64,000 nt of DNA from an uncultured delta proteobacterium. GTDB taxonomy: Bacteria; Myxococcota; Myxococcia; Myxococcales; Myxococcaceae. The stretch is from the NCBI GenBank assembly GCA_963713045.1, contig CAVQKE010000003.1, forward strand, positions 1,152,001-1,216,000, read 5' to 3'. Shown one piece after another: positions 60,303 to 64,000 of the stretch. The first letter of the stretch is position 1. Every line of letters starts with the position of its first letter. The notes below the pieces were generated by a model. That model was given only the letters and a program-made list of their open reading frames with translations. It was not told the origin of the DNA and searched no databases. Both the position numbers and the translations under genes were made by a program.

Positions 60303-60716
60303 ATGTCCACCCCGCAAGCGCACGGCGCCGCACCGGCCCAAGGCCACGCTGCCCACCCCTCGGCCGCCCGCTACTTCGTGGTGTGGATTGGCCTTTTAGC
60401 CCTCACCATGACGACGTTCGGCGTCTCGCGGATTCCGATGAGCGGCCAGTGGCATCTGGCTGCCGCCATCTTCATCGCCTGCGTCAAAGTCTTCTTGGTG
60501 GCTGCCGTCTTCATGCACCTGTGGGCCTCCGAGGGCACCAACAAGCTGGTCTTCGGCGTCTCCTTCGTCTTCGTGGCGACCCTTCTCTTCTTCGTGCTGG
60601 CCGACGTCGCCACCCGCTTTACCCTCAGCAACTCGCGCATCCGCCCACTTCCCCAAATTGACCAGAGCATTCTCCAGCACCAGAGGCCCACCGCCCCGGA
60701 ACCCCCGGCGAAGTAG
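60303..60716 (+). CDS. Cytochrome c oxidase subunit IV family protein
   Basis: Three TM helices, KVFLVAAVFMHL; last gene of the operon. Confidence 0.88.
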   Translation: MSTPQAHGAAPAQGHAAHPSAARYFVVWIGLLALTMTTFGVSRIPMSGQWHLAAAIFIACVKVFLVAAVFMHLWASEGTNKLVFGVSFVFVATLLFFVLADVATRFTLSNSRIRPLPQIDQSILQHQRPTAPEPPAK

Positions 60717-60794
60717 TTTTTCACCCCCCCAAGGCCCCTTCGGTGGTTGACCCCGGGCGCCCAACCGACTGACCCTTTCCCCCCCTTTGTGAAT

Positions 60795-62123
60795 ATGCGA
60801 CTGCACGCCTCCCTCCTCCTGGTGGGCCTCACCGTGGCCTGCGCCTCGGCGCCCCAGCCCGCCCCACAGAGTGCGGGGCCGGTCTTCATTGAGAACGACT
60901 ACCCGGCGGCGATGGCGGAAGCACGGGCCAGCGGGAAGCTCCTCTTCATCGACTTCTGGGCGCCCTGGTGCCACAGCTGCGTCAGCATGCGGGCCTACGT
61001 CTTCACCGACCCGGCCTTGGCCAAGCTCCAAGACCGCTTCGTCTGGCTGGGGATAGACACCGAAAACCCAGTCAACAGCGCGACGCTCCAGCGCTTCCCG
61101 GTGGATGTCTGGCCGACACTGTTGGTGGTGGATGCGGCGACGGGAGCCCCGCTGCGGCGCTGGCTGGGAAGCGCCACCACCAATGAATTGCTCGCGCGGC
61201 TGCAGTCGGTGGACCAAGCGCAGCAGGGCGGCGCGGACGTGGCTCAACGCTCGCTGGCGGAAGGAGCGGCGCTGGTGGCCGCTGGAAAGCGGGCCGAAGC
61301 GGCGGTGGCCTACCGGACGGCGGCAGCGACCTCGGCTGCTGGCACCGCCGAGCACGCCCAAGCGGCCGAGTTGCTGGTCCTTCAGCTGCACCTCACCCAC
61401 CAATCGGCGGAGTGCGCCCGCACCGCGCGGGCCGAGCTGCCCTCCCTTCCACCAGGGACGTCGCTGGCGGCCGTGGCCAGCACCGGGCTCGAGTGTGCTC
61501 TCAACCTTCCGGCTTCGGACCCCGAGCGCTTGGCGGTTGCGCCGGTGCTGGAGGCGAAGGTGGTGGAGCTGATGCGCAACACCAGCGTCCCGATGCTGGC
61601 TGACGACCGGAGTGGTCTTTTCCAAACGCTGGTGGAGGCTCGGCGCGAGCGCGGCGATGCGGCCGGCGCGCTGGCCGCGGCAGCGGAGTGGGCGACGTAC
61701 CTTGAGGGCGAGGCCGCCCGAGCCAAAACGCCCGAGGCGCGCGCCGTCTTCGACTCGCACCGACTGTCTGCCTACCTGGCGCTGGGCCAACCCGAGCGCG
61801 CTGTCCCAATGCTGGAGGCGTCCCGGAAGGACTTCCCCCGGGACTACAACCCGTCGGCCCGGCTGGCGGTGGCCTACCTCGCCATGCACCAGCCGGCCCA
61901 AGCCGTCGCTGCGGCTGAACAGGCTGAGGCGCTGGTCTACGGGCCGCGCACGCTGCGCGTGCTCTTAACCAAGGCCGAGGCGCAAGCGGCCCTGGGCGAC
62001 AAGGCCGCCGCCCAGGCCACACTGGGGCGGGCCGACGAGTTGGTGGCCAGCCTGCCGGAAGCGCAGCGGGGGCCGTGGATGGCCTCGGCCATTGAGTCTA
62101 AGCGCAAAGCCCTGCTGCAGTAG
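60795..62123 (+). CDS. Thioredoxin-like plus TPR-like lipoprotein
   Basis: Lipobox TVAC, DFWAPWCHSC, WPT cis-Pro motif, Ala-rich helical repeats. Confidence 0.85.
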   Translation: MRLHASLLLVGLTVACASAPQPAPQSAGPVFIENDYPAAMAEARASGKLLFIDFWAPWCHSCVSMRAYVFTDPALAKLQDRFVWLGIDTENPVNSATLQRFPVDVWPTLLVVDAATGAPLRRWLGSATTNELLARLQSVDQAQQGGADVAQRSLAEGAALVAAGKRAEAAVAYRTAAATSAAGTAEHAQAAELLVLQLHLTHQSAECARTARAELPSLPPGTSLAAVASTGLECALNLPASDPERLAVAPVLEAKVVELMRNTSVPMLADDRSGLFQTLVEARRERGDAAGALAAAAEWATYLEGEAARAKTPEARAVFDSHRLSAYLALGQPERAVPMLEASRKDFPRDYNPSARLAVAYLAMHQPAQAVAAAEQAEALVYGPRTLRVLLTKAEAQAALGDKAAAQATLGRADELVASLPEAQRGPWMASAIESKRKALLQ

Positions 62124-62169
62124 GCCCCTTGCACCTTCCAGGGAGGAAGGGCCCTTCTGTGAGGCCCCG

Positions 62170-63135
62170 ATGTCGTCAGCCGACAAGGACGTCCAGCTGG
62201 TCCTCGCCACGCAGGCGGAGCGAGAGACGCGCGACCTGCTGACGGCGGAAGCATGGGGCGCTGGCCTTTCCAGGGAAGCCTACCTGCGCCGGGAGCGGCG
62301 GCTTCGCGCGCTGGCCGTCCCCCGGCTGGACATGCGGTGTTGGCTTCTGGTGGATGCACGACGCCGCGTCCTCTCCTCGTGCGAGACATTCGGCTTCCCC
62401 AGCGTGCTGCGGGCGGATGGGGCGGAGAGTTGGGGCCGCAGCTTCGGCGTGGCCTCAGTGTTTACCGAGCCTGCACTGCGGGGCCGAGGCCACGCCACCC
62501 GGGCCTTGGACTTGCTGTGCGAGGTGCTGGCCGAGGAAGCAGGGGGGCACGCGGTGGTGCTGTACTCCGACGTGGGCGCCTCTCAGTACGCCCGCAGTGG
62601 CTTTGAAGCCCGGGCGGCCTACGACTGGTGCTGGCCGGCTGCGGAAGCCGGGGCCAGCAGCCACGCGGCCTATTTCTCGGAGGAGGCGCTGGGCTGGCGC
62701 TGGGCCGCCCAGCCCATCCCGGGCGGTCGCTTCGTCCTGCATCCCACGGCGGACACCCTGGAGTGGTTTCTCGAGCGCGAGCGCGTCTACTGCGAGGAGT
62801 TGGGGCGGCCGAGACCCAAGGCCTGCGGCGCCGCGTTGGGCAACTCGCTGGCGCTCTGGTACGCGCAGCCCAAGGACGAGCGCTTGTGGTTGCACTGGCT
62901 GGATGCGAAGGACGCTGACAGCTGCCGTGCCCTGGTGCAGGCCGCCCGCATCGTGGCGCGCGAGGCCAACCTCTCCGAAGTCCGCCTGTGGGAGGACATG
63001 GACGGGGTGCCTTCCGAAGGCTTGGAAGGAGGGCGCCGTGAGAAGCGCTCCGGCGGACTCCCCATGCTGCGTCCCCTCGACGGGCGTGTCCGCGCACCGG
63101 ACTGGCGCCGCATTGCCCGCGTGTTGTGGGTCTGA
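62170..63135 (+). CDS. GNAT family N-acetyltransferase
   Basis: GVASVFTEPALRGRGHA and LYSDVG…YARSGF. Confidence 0.85.
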   Translation: MSSADKDVQLVLATQAERETRDLLTAEAWGAGLSREAYLRRERRLRALAVPRLDMRCWLLVDARRRVLSSCETFGFPSVLRADGAESWGRSFGVASVFTEPALRGRGHATRALDLLCEVLAEEAGGHAVVLYSDVGASQYARSGFEARAAYDWCWPAAEAGASSHAAYFSEEALGWRWAAQPIPGGRFVLHPTADTLEWFLERERVYCEELGRPRPKACGAALGNSLALWYAQPKDERLWLHWLDAKDADSCRALVQAARIVAREANLSEVRLWEDMDGVPSEGLEGGRREKRSGGLPMLRPLDGRVRAPDWRRIARVLWV

Positions 63136-63242
63136 GCGGCCGTCTTCCCGCAACGGACGGGACGGGCGGTGTCCAATGCCTGAATGGTCGGGCGCCTGAT
63201 TTCCCATTCAAGCATGACTGGAATTACGTCGTTGGCGGGGTG

Positions 63243-63263
63243 AAGCGCGAATCGCTTTTTTTT
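63243..63263 (+). terminator. Possible weak intrinsic terminator
   Basis: AAGCG-CGAAT-CGCTT stem running into a T8 tract; the stem is short. Confidence 0.3.
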
Positions 63264-63326
63264 GGCAGCGAACCGTTGCGAGCAGCCATCCGGGCTCCCT
63301 AGCGATGGAGAAAAGAGGGCATTCCC

Positions 63327-63749
63327 ATGAAACATCTCAAGTTTGTAGCCCCGGTGCTGGCGGCGCTGGCGCTCGCCGGTTGCAGTCCTTCCAGCAGCAA
63401 CAACAACCCCGATTCCGGCACCGCTGCGACGTGTACCGACATGACGGGCAGTGCGACTCCCACGGTGGGCATCAGCACGACGAATGGCGGTGTCTACGGC
63501 AATACCTACGCCTTCAGTCCAGGTTGCGTCCAAATCAACCGCGGACAGTCGGTGACATTCACCGGGAACTACAACCTTCACACGCTCGAGCGAACGACGC
63601 AGACGGTTGCAACCGCAACCAACCCGCTGCCTGCCACGCCCTACAGTGGGCCCAGTCCGGTGGTGTTCGGCCCCTTCCCGGATTCAGGGGACTTCGGCTT
63701 CGTTTGCACAATCCATCACTTTACCGGAACGGTTCGCGTCAACCCGTAG
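63327..63749 (+). CDS. Cupredoxin (plastocyanin/amicyanin-like) lipoprotein
   Basis: Lipobox LAGC, FSPGCVQINRGQSVTF, LHTL, GDFGFVCTIHHFTGTVRV. Confidence 0.82.
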   Translation: MKHLKFVAPVLAALALAGCSPSSSNNNPDSGTAATCTDMTGSATPTVGISTTNGGVYGNTYAFSPGCVQINRGQSVTFTGNYNLHTLERTTQTVATATNPLPATPYSGPSPVVFGPFPDSGDFGFVCTIHHFTGTVRVNP

Positions 63750-63789
63750 CAGTCAAAAAAGGGGGCCGCCTGGCGGGCGTGAGGGGCAT

Positions 63790-63999
63790 TCAAGCATCGC
63801 CCTTGGTGGGCAGGAGCGCCTCGAAGGAGGGGCGCGGCCGCCGGAGGTGAAAGCCCAGGGAGGACGGGACAAAGCCCACTTCGGTGAGAAAGAGGCCCAG
63901 CGGGTGCTGTTGGGCCGGCCCGCCGTTGACGTCGGACAGCAGCAGCCCCCCGTGCCGTTCCCCCTGCGCCGCCTGCGCCAAGGCGGCCAATTGCTGAGC
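63790..63999 (-). CDS. C-terminus of a probable Lhr-family helicase, truncated by the window edge
   Basis: GGLLLSDVNGGPAQQHPLGLFLTEVGFVPSSLGFHLR resembles Lhr C-termini as I recall them; only about 69 codons visible. Confidence 0.55.
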   Translation of the reverse strand, partial: AQQLAALAQAAQGERHGGLLLSDVNGGPAQQHPLGLFLTEVGFVPSSLGFHLRRPRPSFEALLPTKGDA

Positions 64000-64000
64000 C

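Noticed and set aside
63755..63780. Terminator for the minus-strand Lhr-like gene
   Set aside because: A T6 tract is present, but the stem is only about 4 bp and not adjacent to it.
1..64000. CRISPR arrays, tRNA/rRNA genes, IS elements, prophage genes
   Set aside because: No regularly spaced repeats, transposase, integrase or phage motifs were seen, and intergenic gaps are short. Small RNAs cannot be excluded without a covariance-model search.

Overview
High-GC chromosomal window that looks myxobacterial (PEGA protein, many lipoproteins, a Myxococcus-type LexA box). I found no rRNA, tRNA, CRISPR array or mobile element. Housekeeping content includes a FemAB-like GNAT-clpS-clpA operon, InhA-type fabI, sucA-sucB, a cold-shock gene, S9 and HtrA proteases, modB-modC-modA, amtB, a DUF1800/DUF1501-like pair, ogt, msrPQ, cysteine synthase plus rhodanese, a 12-gene alternative complex III (ACIII) plus caa3 oxidase operon, and the 3' end of a probable Lhr helicase. 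Four signals stand out. (1) A small leader ORF ending CCRCCRR, with four TGT codons and overlapping hairpins, lies just upstream of the cysteine synthase-rhodanese genes and is a candidate cysteine attenuator. (2) A coupled five-gene operon encodes a beta-propeller lipoprotein, a second lipoprotein, an ECF sigma, a zinc anti-sigma and an exported caspase-like protease with a probable outer-membrane barrel; the protease has a one-base frameshift in a C6 run. (3) A near-perfect myxobacterial LexA box precedes an unknown Zn-ribbon gene. (4) GATC is almost absent except for three clustered sites in msrP. All family assignments come from motif recognition by eye, not database searches.
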